A stretch of 64,000 nucleotides of DNA from Chloroflexota bacterium (GCA_002716405.1 PBBA01000006.1:70142-134141), one strand, 5' to 3'; shown: positions 9,525-20,387, counted from the stretch's first letter. Made by a program: numbers and translations. The notes: generated by a model not told the origin, from the sequence alone.

Positions 9525-10648
9525 AACACCAAACAGACATCAAACACGCGCCTGATTACGGACTATTAATCTGCGTTTTGACATTAGTATTTTTGGGGTC
9601 GATTTTCGTTTATTCATCGTCATATGTTTTTGCAGATCTAGAATATGGAGATTCGCTACATTTTATAAAACGACAATTGATTTTTTGTGTAGTAGGCATT
9701 ATTGGAATGCTCTTAGTAATGCGATTAGATTATCGATATCTTCAATCTTGGAGTTTTTTCATCATGCTTTTGACTTTGATTGCCTTGATAGCAATTCTAA
9801 TTCCAAATTTTGGTGTCGAATCGAATGGAGCATTAAGATGGTTAAAATTAGGACCTTTACCACCAATTCAACCTAGTGAATTTGCAAAATTATCAGTCCT
9901 AATTTACATGGCAGCGTGGTTACCTTCGAGAGGTGAATCTATTCGAGATTTTGTTTTAGCAGTAATTCCTTTATGTATAACTGTTGGACTGTTTGCTGCA
10001 TTAATAATGCTCCAGCCTGACTTAGGCACAACAATGCTCATAGCAATAATTACGGGAGTTCTTTTCTTTATAGCAGGTGCAAAATTACTGCATGTAATAG
10101 CTTTAGCGGGAAGCGGGATAGTTACTGCAAGTATCTTAGTGTTAGCAGGTGGTGGTTATAGAATTAATCGAATTTTGTCATTTACATCTGCAGAATCTGA
10201 TCCAACAGGAATGGGTTTTCAAACTTTGCAACTTTTGATCGCTTTTGGATCTGGCGGTCTCTCCGGATTAGGTCTGGGAGTATCCAGACAAAAGTTTTTC
10301 TATATTCCCGGTTCACATACTGATGGGGTTCTCGCAATAATTGGTGAGGAAATGGGTCTCATCGGTGTATTAGCTATTTTAATTCTTTTTATCATCCTAT
10401 TCTGGCGTGGCTGGATAATAATGGCGCAAGCAAAAGATCCTTTTGGATCATTGTTGGTAGCAGGAATTCTAACATGGTTTAGTTTTCAACTACTCATTAA
10501 TATAGGAGGTGTTACGAGGTTGATACCACTTACCGGCATTCCATTACCTTTTTTATCAGCAGGTGGATCTTCGTTAATAGTTTCTTTACTTGCCATAGGG
10601 ATCATGCTTTCTGTAAGCAGACAAACTGTAAGTAAGGATAGTTCATGA
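9521..10648 (+). CDS. ftsW: Peptidoglycan glycosyltransferase FtsW (SEDS family)
   Basis: 375-aa, ~10-TM SEDS protein located between murD and murG. Confidence 0.9.
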   Translation: MKHQTDIKHAPDYGLLICVLTLVFLGSIFVYSSSYVFADLEYGDSLHFIKRQLIFCVVGIIGMLLVMRLDYRYLQSWSFFIMLLTLIALIAILIPNFGVESNGALRWLKLGPLPPIQPSEFAKLSVLIYMAAWLPSRGESIRDFVLAVIPLCITVGLFAALIMLQPDLGTTMLIAIITGVLFFIAGAKLLHVIALAGSGIVTASILVLAGGGYRINRILSFTSAESDPTGMGFQTLQLLIAFGSGGLSGLGLGVSRQKFFYIPGSHTDGVLAIIGEEMGLIGVLAILILFIILFWRGWIIMAQAKDPFGSLLVAGILTWFSFQLLINIGGVTRLIPLTGIPLPFLSAGGSSLIVSLLAIGIMLSVSRQTVSKDSS

Positions 10649-11721
10649 TAAAAATTGTACTTACTGGAGGTGGGACTGGAGGTCATGTCTACCCGGCATT
10701 AGCTGTAGCAGAACAGATAATGGAAAATTTTGATGCGGAAATATTCTACTATGGTACAAAACATGGCCCTGAACGAACAATCGCTGAACAAAATAACTTT
10801 ACTTACCGTGCTATTTCTGCCTCTCAAGTTAGAGGAAAATCTCCAATACGATTAGCAACAGGATTATTTAACCTTTGGCGAGGCACCAAAGAAGCACAAA
10901 AAAAATTCAGAAAAGATCAACCTAATGTAGTCTTTGCTACCGGTGGTTATGTTGCAGCGCCAATAGGACGTGCTGCTAAAATTTGCGGAATACCTCTCAT
11001 AGTTTTTCAACCAGATATATATCCGGGTTGGGCCGTAAAATTCTTAACACGATACGCAACTTCTATTGCATGTTCATCAGATAAATCTCTGGATTACCTT
11101 CCTCCCTTGAAGACGAAAGTGACAGGATATCCAATTCGAAAACAATTTTTAGAAGCAACTCCGAATAAAGGGAAGATAAATTTCGCGTTGATGGAAAATT
11201 TACCAACATTATTAGTCTTTGGAGGATCATTAGGATCACATTCAATTAATACAACTATTTCGAATTCGCTCCACAAACTTTTACGCAATATGCAAATTAT
11301 CCATATTACGGGAATACATGATTTCGAAAAGATATCCCTACTTAAGGAAAAACTCCTTCCTCTTGAGCAACTTAGATATCACGTGGTCGAATATTCGAAT
11401 GACATCGCCAATGCAATGGCCATATCAAACCTTACTGTCACTAGAGCTGGTGCTTCTATCTTGGGGGAATTGCCAGCATCAGGACTCCCAGCAATTGTCA
11501 TACCAGGTAGTTTCTCTGACCAAATAAATAATGCAAATTTACTAGTTGAGAAAAATGCGGCTGTAATGGTAAGCGAAAATGAATTAGATAATCTACCAAA
11601 TTTAATTACTGAGATCTTATCTGATACAAAACGCCAGCAATATATGGCTAACAATATGAAAAATTTATATAAGCCAGATGCTACATCACAAATAATCAAG
11701 ATGTTGATGGAGGCTATATGA
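10645..11721 (+). CDS. murG: UDP-GlcNAc:lipid I GlcNAc transferase MurG
   Basis: GGGTGGHVYPALAVAE N-terminal motif. dcw position. Confidence 0.93.
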   Translation: MIKIVLTGGGTGGHVYPALAVAEQIMENFDAEIFYYGTKHGPERTIAEQNNFTYRAISASQVRGKSPIRLATGLFNLWRGTKEAQKKFRKDQPNVVFATGGYVAAPIGRAAKICGIPLIVFQPDIYPGWAVKFLTRYATSIACSSDKSLDYLPPLKTKVTGYPIRKQFLEATPNKGKINFALMENLPTLLVFGGSLGSHSINTTISNSLHKLLRNMQIIHITGIHDFEKISLLKEKLLPLEQLRYHVVEYSNDIANAMAISNLTVTRAGASILGELPASGLPAIVIPGSFSDQINNANLLVEKNAAVMVSENELDNLPNLITEILSDTKRQQYMANNMKNLYKPDATSQIIKMLMEAI

Positions 11722-13151
11722 GAGGATTAAAGAAAGAATTTCAACCAAAAGAAGATTTATCCCTACCCCAGCATATCCATCTCGTTGGGGCGGGTGGAGT
11801 ACACATGTCTGCAATTGGTCAAATCTTAATTGCAAAAGGCCATATATTATCTGGATCTGATTTGTCTATTTCTGATTACACCAAAAAACTTTCAACTCTT
11901 GGGGCAGAAATTTTTTTAGGTCATAATCGAAATAATATTGGTCAAGCAGAATTACTGGTTACCACAGCGGCAGTAAAAAATGACAATCCAGAATTAATTG
12001 CTGCCAAAGAAAAATCTATACCCATTATGTTACGTGCAGAAATGGTACAAATACTCACCAGTGAATATGAGCTTATTGCTATCGCAGGGAGCCATGGAAA
12101 AACGACAACAACGGGATTAATAGCCTTAATATTAGAAAAAGGGAAATTGGATCCGCTGGTTTTACTTGGAGGAAATTCACCGGACCTTGGAGGAAATTTA
12201 AGAATTGGATCTGGTAAATATGCAGTTGTTGAAGCTGACGAATACGCGAAAGCTTTCCTACAATATAGAGCAAAAATTGCATTAATCACTAACATAGAAA
12301 TTGACCATCTCGACTATTATAAATCAGAGAAAAATTTATATAATGCATTTGATCAATTCGCAGAACAAGTCATATCAAGTGGCCTTCTGGTCATCTCAAT
12401 TGATTCTCCATTAGCATCTAAATTGAAAAAAAACTATGAATCTTCAGGTAGAGCTGTTGAAACTTATAGTATCGAAAAAAATGATGCTATTTGGTCAGCT
12501 CGTAATCTTCGTCCTAATGAATTTGGAGGTCTAACGAGCAATATATTCCTAGAAGGACGTTATCTAGGAGAAATTTCACTCCCAATTCCAGGGCGCCATA
12601 ATATGTCGAATGCAGTTGGAGCTCTTGCAGTAGCAATGCGAGCAGGTGTTGATTTCAATAGAGCAGCGTCTGCAATACAAAATTTCTCAGGAATTACAAG
12701 GCATTTTGAAATTATCGGAGAGCCATTAGTTCATAAAAAAACAATAACAATTATTGATGATTATGCCCATCATCCAACCGAAGTCCGAGCGACAGTATCT
12801 GCTGTAAAACAAAAATATGGAAAAAGAAGACTAGTCGCATGTTTCCAACCACATACTTTCTCCAGATCTGAATACCTATTAGAACAATGGAGACATTGCT
12901 TTGAAACAATAGATGAATTATTCATCCTTAGCACTTATCCAGCTAGAGAAACTCCTGATGCAGGTATTGATGCAAAACAATTATCTTCAGAAATCAGTTC
13001 ACCTCAACCAATTAATTTGGAATCACTTGATATTGCTGCAAAAAAAATTGCTGCCAAACTTGAACCAGGTGATATTTTCCTAACTTTAGGTGCTGGCGAT
13101 ATCACTAACTTAGGACCAGCAGTGATGGAACTCTTGGAGGCTACAAAATGA
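11718..13151 (+). CDS. murC: UDP-N-acetylmuramate--L-alanine ligase
   Basis: HLVGAGGVHMSAIGQIL N-terminus and a GSHGKTTTTG P-loop. Confidence 0.92.
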   Translation: MRGLKKEFQPKEDLSLPQHIHLVGAGGVHMSAIGQILIAKGHILSGSDLSISDYTKKLSTLGAEIFLGHNRNNIGQAELLVTTAAVKNDNPELIAAKEKSIPIMLRAEMVQILTSEYELIAIAGSHGKTTTTGLIALILEKGKLDPLVLLGGNSPDLGGNLRIGSGKYAVVEADEYAKAFLQYRAKIALITNIEIDHLDYYKSEKNLYNAFDQFAEQVISSGLLVISIDSPLASKLKKNYESSGRAVETYSIEKNDAIWSARNLRPNEFGGLTSNIFLEGRYLGEISLPIPGRHNMSNAVGALAVAMRAGVDFNRAASAIQNFSGITRHFEIIGEPLVHKKTITIIDDYAHHPTEVRATVSAVKQKYGKRRLVACFQPHTFSRSEYLLEQWRHCFETIDELFILSTYPARETPDAGIDAKQLSSEISSPQPINLESLDIAAKKIAAKLEPGDIFLTLGAGDITNLGPAVMELLEATK

Positions 13152-14221
13152 AACAAACCCCTATGAAAATTGGAATTATTATCGGTGGTCAATCAAGTGA
13201 ACATTCTGTTTCTTTAACTTCGGGTAATTGCATTATTGATGCCATTGATGACAATTTATATGAGATCACACCGTTTGGTATTAACTTGGAGGGATTATGG
13301 TTGAATATAGAAGAAACGCAGAATCGCCTCAAAGAATTCATGCATGACGAACGTGATTCTCTAGGTACAGATTCAGGAAAACATTTATTAAATAGTCCTG
13401 AAATTCTATCAGCGTTAGGAGAAATGGATGCAATCTTTCCCATCATTCATGGTACAAACGGTGAAGATGGAAAGCTTCAAGGGTTTTTAGATTTGGTTGG
13501 TATCCCCTATGTAGGCGCAGGAGTTGCAGCAAGTGCTTTAGGTATGGATAAAGCACTAATGCGGAATAACTTTGAAAGTGCAGGGATACCTCAGCCAAAA
13601 TACCTAATTTTTAGTAATAATGATCAAGAACATTTAGACGACAATATAACTAAGCAAATTGAAAAAAATATTGGATATCCTTGTTTCATAAAACCATGTA
13701 ATGGCGGTTCTTCAATAGGTGTAAGTAAAGTACTTTCTCGTGAAGACTTAGGTTCTGCGTGGGGATTAGCAAAACAATATGATCAGAAGGTAATTATAGA
13801 AGAAATTATGCGGGGAAGGGAGTTGGAATGTGCTGTAATAGGCAACAATTCTCTTTTAGTTTCTGGGGTAGCAGAAATCAGAACTTCAGAAGAATTTTAT
13901 ACTTACAGTGCTAAATATTCTGATTCAAGCACTGAGTTGATACTCCCAGCTGACATTAAGTCGGAAACACTACAAAAAATTCAAAATTATGCAATCAATG
14001 CTTTTCAAGCGATTGATTGCAGTGGTTTAGCAAGGGTAGATTTCATCGCGGATGAAATTTCAGAACCAAAAATAATTGAGATTAATACTCTTCCAGGGTT
14101 CACACCACAATCTATGTTCCCACGATTATGGGAAGCAGAAGGAATTACTTACTCAGAATTAATCACAAAATTAATCGATCTTGCTTTTGAAAAACATTCT
14201 TCTGAAAGATTGGAGAATTAA
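13148..14221 (+). CDS. ddl: D-alanine--D-alanine ligase
   Basis: KIGIIIGGQSSEHSVSLTSG N-terminus and an ATP-grasp fold. Confidence 0.92.
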   Translation: MKQTPMKIGIIIGGQSSEHSVSLTSGNCIIDAIDDNLYEITPFGINLEGLWLNIEETQNRLKEFMHDERDSLGTDSGKHLLNSPEILSALGEMDAIFPIIHGTNGEDGKLQGFLDLVGIPYVGAGVAASALGMDKALMRNNFESAGIPQPKYLIFSNNDQEHLDDNITKQIEKNIGYPCFIKPCNGGSSIGVSKVLSREDLGSAWGLAKQYDQKVIIEEIMRGRELECAVIGNNSLLVSGVAEIRTSEEFYTYSAKYSDSSTELILPADIKSETLQKIQNYAINAFQAIDCSGLARVDFIADEISEPKIIEINTLPGFTPQSMFPRLWEAEGITYSELITKLIDLAFEKHSSERLEN

Positions 14222-15071
14222 GTTGTTTCGTCGCAAAAAAATAACACCCTCGAAAAATAAAATAAATAGATCATTTAATCCATTAAGCAGAGAGCTACAA
14301 AAAAAGAGAAGCCCTAATTTTTTTCCTAAACAACAAATATTCTTAATTAGAAGTATTTTGTTAAATCAAAAAACTTTCCTACTCTTATTTTCACTTACAT
14401 CTGTGATTCTAATATTAATTGGAATTGTAAAAATAGCTGAAAGTGATATTACGCGTGTTCAAAATATTGAAGTTCTCGGAACTGAGATAATTAACCCACA
14501 GGATATTGTTGATATAAGTAATCTTACCGGACAACATATTTTCTCAGTCAACATGAGCAAAGTAGAACAAAAAATCACAAACATAAATGGTATTGAGGAA
14601 GTCTCAATACGTAGAAAATGGATCAATGGGATTGAAATTACGATTTCCGAATCTCAAGGTTGGGGTTACTGGCAACATGATGCGCATAGAGTTCTTGTAG
14701 ATGAATCTGGAAAAATTCTAACTTTTGCGCGTCCAGCTCCTGTAAATGCACCTACTATTATTGATTTCAGTCTTCAAGAAAATAGTCAAAAAATGATTAA
14801 AGTTGACCAAGATTCAGTCAAATTGGTCGCACGACTGGAATCAGAAAAACGCTTTGCAAAATTGGGTTTGAAACCCATTTCGTATGTATTTGAGGATAAA
14901 CGTGGACTAACAATCCTTTTAGAAAATGCCCCAAACATTGTAATGGGCGATGCGTCCAATTATTTTTATAAGATAGCAACTTTACAAGAATTACTTTCAC
15001 GACTAAAGAAATCCACTTCAGAAATAAATGAGATTGATTTACGTTTTGGCTCAAACGTAGTCATACGGTGA
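14181..15071 (+). CDS. ftsQ: Cell division protein FtsQ/DivIB (POTRA domain). The true start may be the TTG at ~14226, which avoids overlap with ddl.
   Basis: Basic N-terminus, one TM helix and a POTRA-like periplasmic domain. It occupies the position between ddl and ftsA. Confidence 0.75.
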   Translation: MLLKNILLKDWRIKLFRRKKITPSKNKINRSFNPLSRELQKKRSPNFFPKQQIFLIRSILLNQKTFLLLFSLTSVILILIGIVKIAESDITRVQNIEVLGTEIINPQDIVDISNLTGQHIFSVNMSKVEQKITNINGIEEVSIRRKWINGIEITISESQGWGYWQHDAHRVLVDESGKILTFARPAPVNAPTIIDFSLQENSQKMIKVDQDSVKLVARLESEKRFAKLGLKPISYVFEDKRGLTILLENAPNIVMGDASNYFYKIATLQELLSRLKKSTSEINEIDLRFGSNVVIR

Positions 15072-15103
15072 TAATTAAGAGTACAATTAATTAGGAGTTA
15101 CAA

Positions 15104-16336
15104 ATGGCTACTACGAAAATAACTGCTATTGACGTAGGTACAACAAAAATTTGCACTGTTGTTGCTGAAGTGACTCCAGAAAATGAACTTCGTATCCTCG
15201 GCGTAGGGATTGGCCCTTCTGCAGGTCTAAATAAAGGTATGGTAGACGGAGTACAAATTGCAACTGAGGCTATTTATTCTTCCGTCGAGCGAGCTGAGCG
15301 TGCGTCAGGAGAAAAAATTATCTCAGCACATATTGGTATTTCAGGTCCTCATATCTCTGGTAACAATTCACAGGGAATCATTGCAATTACTGATCAACAA
15401 CAAGCTATTTCAAATAGTGACGTTGAAAGAGCTTTAGAAAGTGCTCGAATATTTAATGTACCTAACAATCGCCAGGTAATACATGTAGTTCCTCGCCACT
15501 ATATTGTCGACGGAAGCGACAATATTTCTGATCCAGTTGGGATGTTTGGTTCACGCCTAGATGTGGAAACGCATGTAGTAACTTGTTCCTTATCTGCAAT
15601 GCAAAATCTCATGACATGTGTCGAAGGGACTGGTGTACAAGTTGAATCTTTAGTCTTACAACCATTTGCATCTGCTGAAGCAGTCACTACTCCTGAAGAA
15701 AGACTCCATGGTTGTGTGTTGGTGGACATTGGTGGAGGTACTACAGATGTTTGCATATATCGTGATGGAGCAGTAGCACATACAGCAGTACTACCGGTAG
15801 GCGGAGCACATATGACAAGGGATCTCGTTGTTGCATTACGAGTTCCACAACCTTCAGCAGAAGAAGCTAAAAGAGCTTATGGCCATGCAATTCCTTCTTT
15901 AGTTGATGAGACTGAAGAAATTGAAATACCTTCATTTGGATCAGATGAAAATAAAATTGTTAAAAGAAGACAACTTGCAGAAGTTTTACAAGCAAGGACT
16001 GAGGAACTAATGGAAATGGTCGCAGCTGAAATTTCAAGAAATGGAGAATCTGCCTTACTTTCTGCGGGAGTGATTTTAACTGGCGGAGCTGCTTCATTAA
16101 AAGGAATCGAACTGCTCACTGAAGAAGTACTTGAACTACCAGCAAGAGTAGGTAGACCTCATCATTTGGCAGGCCTCTCAGATATTCTTCATGACCCCGC
16201 ATATGCAACTTCGGTAGGTTTATTACAATGGGCTTTAAAAGAGCAATCTATCAATATAAACCCAAAACCAAGTACTCCCATCGGTGGATGGATATCAAAA
16301 CTAGCAAATTTGATGAGAATTATATTACCTCAATAA
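15104..16336 (+). CDS. ftsA: Cell division protein FtsA
   Basis: 410 aa with an actin-like ATPase fold ([20 protein letters not shown]). Confidence 0.95.
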   Translation: MATTKITAIDVGTTKICTVVAEVTPENELRILGVGIGPSAGLNKGMVDGVQIATEAIYSSVERAERASGEKIISAHIGISGPHISGNNSQGIIAITDQQQAISNSDVERALESARIFNVPNNRQVIHVVPRHYIVDGSDNISDPVGMFGSRLDVETHVVTCSLSAMQNLMTCVEGTGVQVESLVLQPFASAEAVTTPEERLHGCVLVDIGGGTTDVCIYRDGAVAHTAVLPVGGAHMTRDLVVALRVPQPSAEEAKRAYGHAIPSLVDETEEIEIPSFGSDENKIVKRRQLAEVLQARTEELMEMVAAEISRNGESALLSAGVILTGGAASLKGIELLTEEVLELPARVGRPHHLAGLSDILHDPAYATSVGLLQWALKEQSININPKPSTPIGGWISKLANLMRIILPQ

Positions 16337-16367
16337 ATTAACTTTGATGAATAGCAAGGAGCCTTCC

Positions 16368-17720
16368 ATGAATAAATCCAACGATAAAGAAGAGGGAAAT
16401 ATTCCAGAAAATGAGCAGAAATTAACCGCAGGTTCTTTGTTTGACTACTTAGCAGCAGCCCGCGAAGAAAATGCCTCGATCGATGAAATAGATATAGGCA
16501 AATCAACTGAAAAAGATTTAGAATCTAATAAAGAACATAACTCTGATATTCCAGAGACTTTTGAAATGCCTGAAAGAGAGATCACAATGACAAATGAATC
16601 TTCTAAAGAAACCTGGGGGGAAGGTGATCTTGAAGGACTACCTCCAATTAAAGTAGTGGGGGTTGGAGGTGGTGGCTCTAATGCGGTAAGCAGAATGATG
16701 GACTCTTCTTTACCTGGAGTTCAGTACCTAGCTATGAACACTGACTTACAAGCACTTGAATCTGCAAATGCCGATATCAAGGTAAGGATAGGAGATAGGT
16801 TAACTCGAGGGCTTGGCGCAGGTAGCGACCCACTAAGAGGACACCGTGCAGCAGAAGAGTCAAGAGAATTGATCGCTGATGCTCTGCAAGGAGCAGAGAT
16901 GGCTTTTGTAACAGCAACTTTAGGTGGAGGAACTGGTACGGGAGCTGCACCTATAGTTGCCGAAATAGCACGTGAATTAGGAGCTCTAACTATTGGTGTT
17001 GTAACAAAACCTTTTAGTTTCGAAGGGGCAAAAAGGCGGCAACAAGCCGAAGATGGAATTCGAGACCTCCAAGATAAAGTAGACACATTAATTGTAATCC
17101 CCAACGATCGATTAATGCAGATGAATGACGATGACCTACCTGTAGTAGATGCATTCAAAGCGGCAGATGATATCTTGAGACAAGGTATACAAGGTATAAG
17201 TGAACTAATTACTATTCCTGGAACTGTCAATTTAGATTTTGCTGATGTTCGTAAAATCATGACCGATGCTGGTCCAGCACTTATGGCCATTGGCCACGGC
17301 ACAGGACAACAACGAGCTGTTGAGGCTGCACGTCAAGCCATTTCAAGTCCTTTACTTGAAGTAGATATTACCGGAGCAACAGGTGTATTGTTCAACGTTG
17401 CTGGTTCTCAAAATATGACATTACGAGAATTAGGTGAAGCTGCTAGATGTATAGCCGAAGTAGTTGATCCAGATGCTGAAATTATATTTGGTACTACAGT
17501 CGATGAATCGCTTAATGATGAAGTACGTATGACAGTAATTGCTACTGGATTTGTTGGTAGTCGCCCGTCTTCTATTCAAAGAACAATTAATGACATCGAA
17601 TTAAGTGGTGAAGAACCTTCACCGATTAAATTAGGTGAGTTAACTGATGGCCAAGGGTTAGACGCTTTGGATGAGGCCGATCTACCAACTTTCTTAAGAC
17701 GCACATTCCCTGAAAGATAA
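16368..17720 (+). CDS. ftsZ: Cell division GTPase FtsZ with a ~90-aa acidic N-terminal extension. The ORF-track start is 16344; ATG 16368 has a strong AAGGAG Shine-Dalgarno.
   Basis: Tubulin signature GGGTGTG, plus [11 protein letters not shown] and NTDLQAL motifs. Confidence 0.93.
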   Translation: MNKSNDKEEGNIPENEQKLTAGSLFDYLAAAREENASIDEIDIGKSTEKDLESNKEHNSDIPETFEMPEREITMTNESSKETWGEGDLEGLPPIKVVGVGGGGSNAVSRMMDSSLPGVQYLAMNTDLQALESANADIKVRIGDRLTRGLGAGSDPLRGHRAAEESRELIADALQGAEMAFVTATLGGGTGTGAAPIVAEIARELGALTIGVVTKPFSFEGAKRRQQAEDGIRDLQDKVDTLIVIPNDRLMQMNDDDLPVVDAFKAADDILRQGIQGISELITIPGTVNLDFADVRKIMTDAGPALMAIGHGTGQQRAVEAARQAISSPLLEVDITGATGVLFNVAGSQNMTLRELGEAARCIAEVVDPDAEIIFGTTVDESLNDEVRMTVIATGFVGSRPSSIQRTINDIELSGEEPSPIKLGELTDGQGLDALDEADLPTFLRRTFPER

Positions 17721-17907
17721 CTTCAGTGAGTAATAATTTCTCTATTACTTTAAATTTTCCACGTTCATCCACGCTAGAAAATAACAAATGGGGATAACTC
17801 ACGGATAGCATGTGGACCATCGTATTGTATTGACTCCATGATCATGTTTTACTTTACTTTATCCCAGTTCAAACGACCTCTCCGATAAATGTAAAGGCTA
17901 TCTAGGA

Positions 17908-18477
17908 ATGAATTGTCCTTCTTGTGGAAAAAATGCAAACATAAATAAAAACATCATCGAAACTCATAATTCTGATTCCACAATCTATCGTCGTCGCTCT
18001 TGCCTTTCTTGTAATAAAACTTTTACTACATTTGAACAAATCAAAAGCACAGTAATTGTTGTAGTTAAGAAGGATGGTAGACGAGAAGACTTCCAATCAG
18101 AAAAATTATTATCCAGTCTTAAAATTGCTGGACGCAAAAGAAATTTACCTACCGGATCCCTTCGTGCCATAGTTGATGATATCGAAAATCGAATTTTGGG
18201 TAATGAACATGAAGAAATCTCCAGTCGCATCATTGGAGAAATGGCAATAACACGTCTAAAAAGGCTTGATCCAATTGCATATATCCGTTTCGCATCGATC
18301 TACCATCAATTCATTTCTGTAGAGCAAATGCTAGAAGAATTGGAAAGAATAACCGCTAACCCTAATACTGCCGTGCCTGAACAACCAAGGTTATTTGATA
18401 TACTCGATGAGATTGCTGAAGAAACCATTACTGCTCCAGTTAAGTTAAGTGATCATAGAAAAGCAAAACCGGCCTGA
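17908..18477 (+). CDS. nrdR: Transcriptional repressor NrdR (zinc ribbon plus ATP-cone) with a ~35-aa C-terminal extension
   Basis: MNCPSCG...RRRSCLSCNKTFTTFE zinc ribbon followed by an ATP-cone domain. Confidence 0.88.
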   Translation: MNCPSCGKNANINKNIIETHNSDSTIYRRRSCLSCNKTFTTFEQIKSTVIVVVKKDGRREDFQSEKLLSSLKIAGRKRNLPTGSLRAIVDDIENRILGNEHEEISSRIIGEMAITRLKRLDPIAYIRFASIYHQFISVEQMLEELERITANPNTAVPEQPRLFDILDEIAEETITAPVKLSDHRKAKPA

Positions 18478-18522
18478 ATCGAGTTAATTCTGAACCAAGC
18501 ACTCGACCAGAACAATGTAAAA

Positions 18523-19188
18523 ATGCGAATCAATTCTATTCGTATGTCCATTGAAAAAGCTTGTGCACAAGCAGGTCGCAGCCCCAAAGATGTACAAATA
18601 GTATGTGTTTCAAAAACCCATGAGGTGTCAGAAATAATACCAATTTACAATATGGGAGTTATCGATTTTGGAGAAAATCGTGTACAAGAAATGATACCAA
18701 AATTTAAATTAGCCATTAACTCACATCTGAATATAAATTGGCACTTTATCGGCCACCTTCAAAGAAACAAGGTTCGCCAAATTCTTCCCTTTATTAACAC
18801 ATTACATTCTCTGGATTCTATTGCACTATTAGATCAACTTACTAAGTCATGGGAAACCGATATCACCAATGAAGATAGAAAACCACTGTCAACATTTGTA
18901 GAAGTAAATCTTTCAGATGAGGAACAAAAATACGGTATAAAAAAACAAGAACTGAAGACTTTTCTTAATTATGCTCGAAATTACTCAGCTGTGGAAATAT
19001 CAGGCTTAATGACAGTACCACCTAAAACAGATAACCCAGAACAGATTCGACCTATATTTAGAGAATTATACGAATTAGCAAATATTCATGGATTAAAACA
19101 TTTATCAATGGGAATGACTGACGATTATAGAGTAGCCATTGAAGAAGGTGCTACGATTATCAGAGTTGGTCGTGCATTTTTTGAGTAA
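18523..19188 (+). CDS. yggS: Pyridoxal-phosphate homeostasis protein (YggS/PLPHP family)
   Basis: 221 aa with an alanine-racemase-N-like fold (VCVSKTH lysine motif). It sits in the conserved yggS-proC-yggT neighbourhood. Confidence 0.85.
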   Translation: MRINSIRMSIEKACAQAGRSPKDVQIVCVSKTHEVSEIIPIYNMGVIDFGENRVQEMIPKFKLAINSHLNINWHFIGHLQRNKVRQILPFINTLHSLDSIALLDQLTKSWETDITNEDRKPLSTFVEVNLSDEEQKYGIKKQELKTFLNYARNYSAVEISGLMTVPPKTDNPEQIRPIFRELYELANIHGLKHLSMGMTDDYRVAIEEGATIIRVGRAFFE

Positions 19189-19209
19189 AAATGCCAAAGG
19201 GGAATAGTA

Positions 19210-20022
19210 ATGGAAATATTAATTATTGGTGGAGGTTTCATGGGAGAAGCTTTCGCAAAAGGATTAATGCAAAAAGGTAACGTACCTAAATCAGACATTA
19301 TTATTGTAGAAGTTAATAAGGAACGCAGAACAGAATTATCTAATCAAGGCTATACTGTCAGAGAAAATGTTTTCGAAGCTTGTGACTCGGCGTCAGTAAT
19401 TCTTGTAGCAATTAAACCTCAAGATATTAATCATTTAACAAATTTAGGAAACTACATTAGTCAAGAAACCTTATTGATATCAATAGCGGCAGGGATCTCT
19501 ATCCCCACGATCCAAAAAATCACAAAACACACAAGTGTCATCAGAGTTATGCCTAATTTGCCAGCAGCAATTGGTGAGGGAGCCATCGTATATCTTGTCA
19601 GCGATAAAATCACTGTAGAACAAAAAAATATTGCAAAAGTAATTTTTGATGCTGTTTCAACAATTGCAATAGAGGTACAAAATGAATCAGAAATTAACTT
19701 AGCTACAGCCGTCCACGGCTCTGGCCCTGCTTATGTATTTTTACTAATGGAATCTATGATTGAAGCTGCAGTTACATTAGGTATGCCACGAGCAGATGCG
19801 CTAGCACTCGTTAGATCGACTGTAAAAGGATCAGCAATTTATGCAAATGAAGGTAATGTTTTGCCACAAGAACTAAGGAATGCTGTAACATCACCAGGTG
19901 GGACAACTGAAGCTGCTATCGCTAAGTTGGAAGCTTTAGGTTTTCAAAATTCATTGAATGAAGCAATAAAAGCAGCATTCACAAAAGCAAACGACTTAGG
20001 GAAAAGCAATAATAGAAATTAA
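19210..20022 (+). CDS. proC: Pyrroline-5-carboxylate reductase
   Basis: 270 aa with an N-terminal Rossmann motif (IGGGFMGEA) and a P5CR C-terminal domain. Confidence 0.9.
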   Translation: MEILIIGGGFMGEAFAKGLMQKGNVPKSDIIIVEVNKERRTELSNQGYTVRENVFEACDSASVILVAIKPQDINHLTNLGNYISQETLLISIAAGISIPTIQKITKHTSVIRVMPNLPAAIGEGAIVYLVSDKITVEQKNIAKVIFDAVSTIAIEVQNESEINLATAVHGSGPAYVFLLMESMIEAAVTLGMPRADALALVRSTVKGSAIYANEGNVLPQELRNAVTSPGGTTEAAIAKLEALGFQNSLNEAIKAAFTKANDLGKSNNRN

Positions 20023-20035
20023 GTAAGGAGCAATA

Positions 20036-20284
20036 GTGGACGGTATAATTCAATTAGTAGGTGTATTTATTCAGTTCCTTGGTTTTGCAATTTTTGCAAG
20101 AGCGATACTAAGTTGGTTTCCAATTGATCAAAATGGAACAATTCCACAAGCGCTCGATTCGATCACTAGCCCAATACTAGATCCATTAAGAAAAATAATT
20201 CCACCACTTGGGATGATTGACCTCACACCTATGATTGCAATGTTTTTACTTTTAGTAATTGGTGGTGCATTAACAGGTGCGTAA
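20036..20284 (+). CDS. YggT-family membrane protein
   Basis: 82 aa with two TM helices. It has a GTG start preceded by an AAGGAG Shine-Dalgarno and lies in the position downstream of proC. Confidence 0.7.
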   Translation: MDGIIQLVGVFIQFLGFAIFARAILSWFPIDQNGTIPQALDSITSPILDPLRKIIPPLGMIDLTPMIAMFLLLVIGGALTGA

Positions 20285-20322
20285 TCTATTTTCTATCCAA
20301 ATTATAAGATTTTTATTGACTT

Positions 20323-20336
20323 AGAACGTCTGTTCT
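20323..20336 (+). promoter_or_regulatory. LexA (Cheo/DinR-type SOS) box AGAACGTCTGTTCT in the recA promoter, immediately downstream of a TTGACT -35-like hexamer (20316-20321)
   Basis: Perfect GAAC-N4-GTTC palindrome 52 bp upstream of the recA ATG. This is the Gram-positive/Chloroflexi LexA consensus CGAACRNRYGTTYC. Confidence 0.7.
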
Positions 20337-20387
20337 ATTACTGTATTTAAGAGCTTCCCTAGCTAATTTGTAATACAGGAGTAAAAT

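Noticed and set aside
16721-17302. 193-aa ORF antisense to ftsZ, and similar antisense or embedded ORFs (1223-1429, 2639-2920, 8390-8713, 11942-12295, 28848-29336, 35311-35682, 46035-46394 and others)
   Set aside because: They lie wholly inside strongly supported conserved genes on the opposite strand, with no Shine-Dalgarno or family signal. They are typical spurious shadow ORFs.
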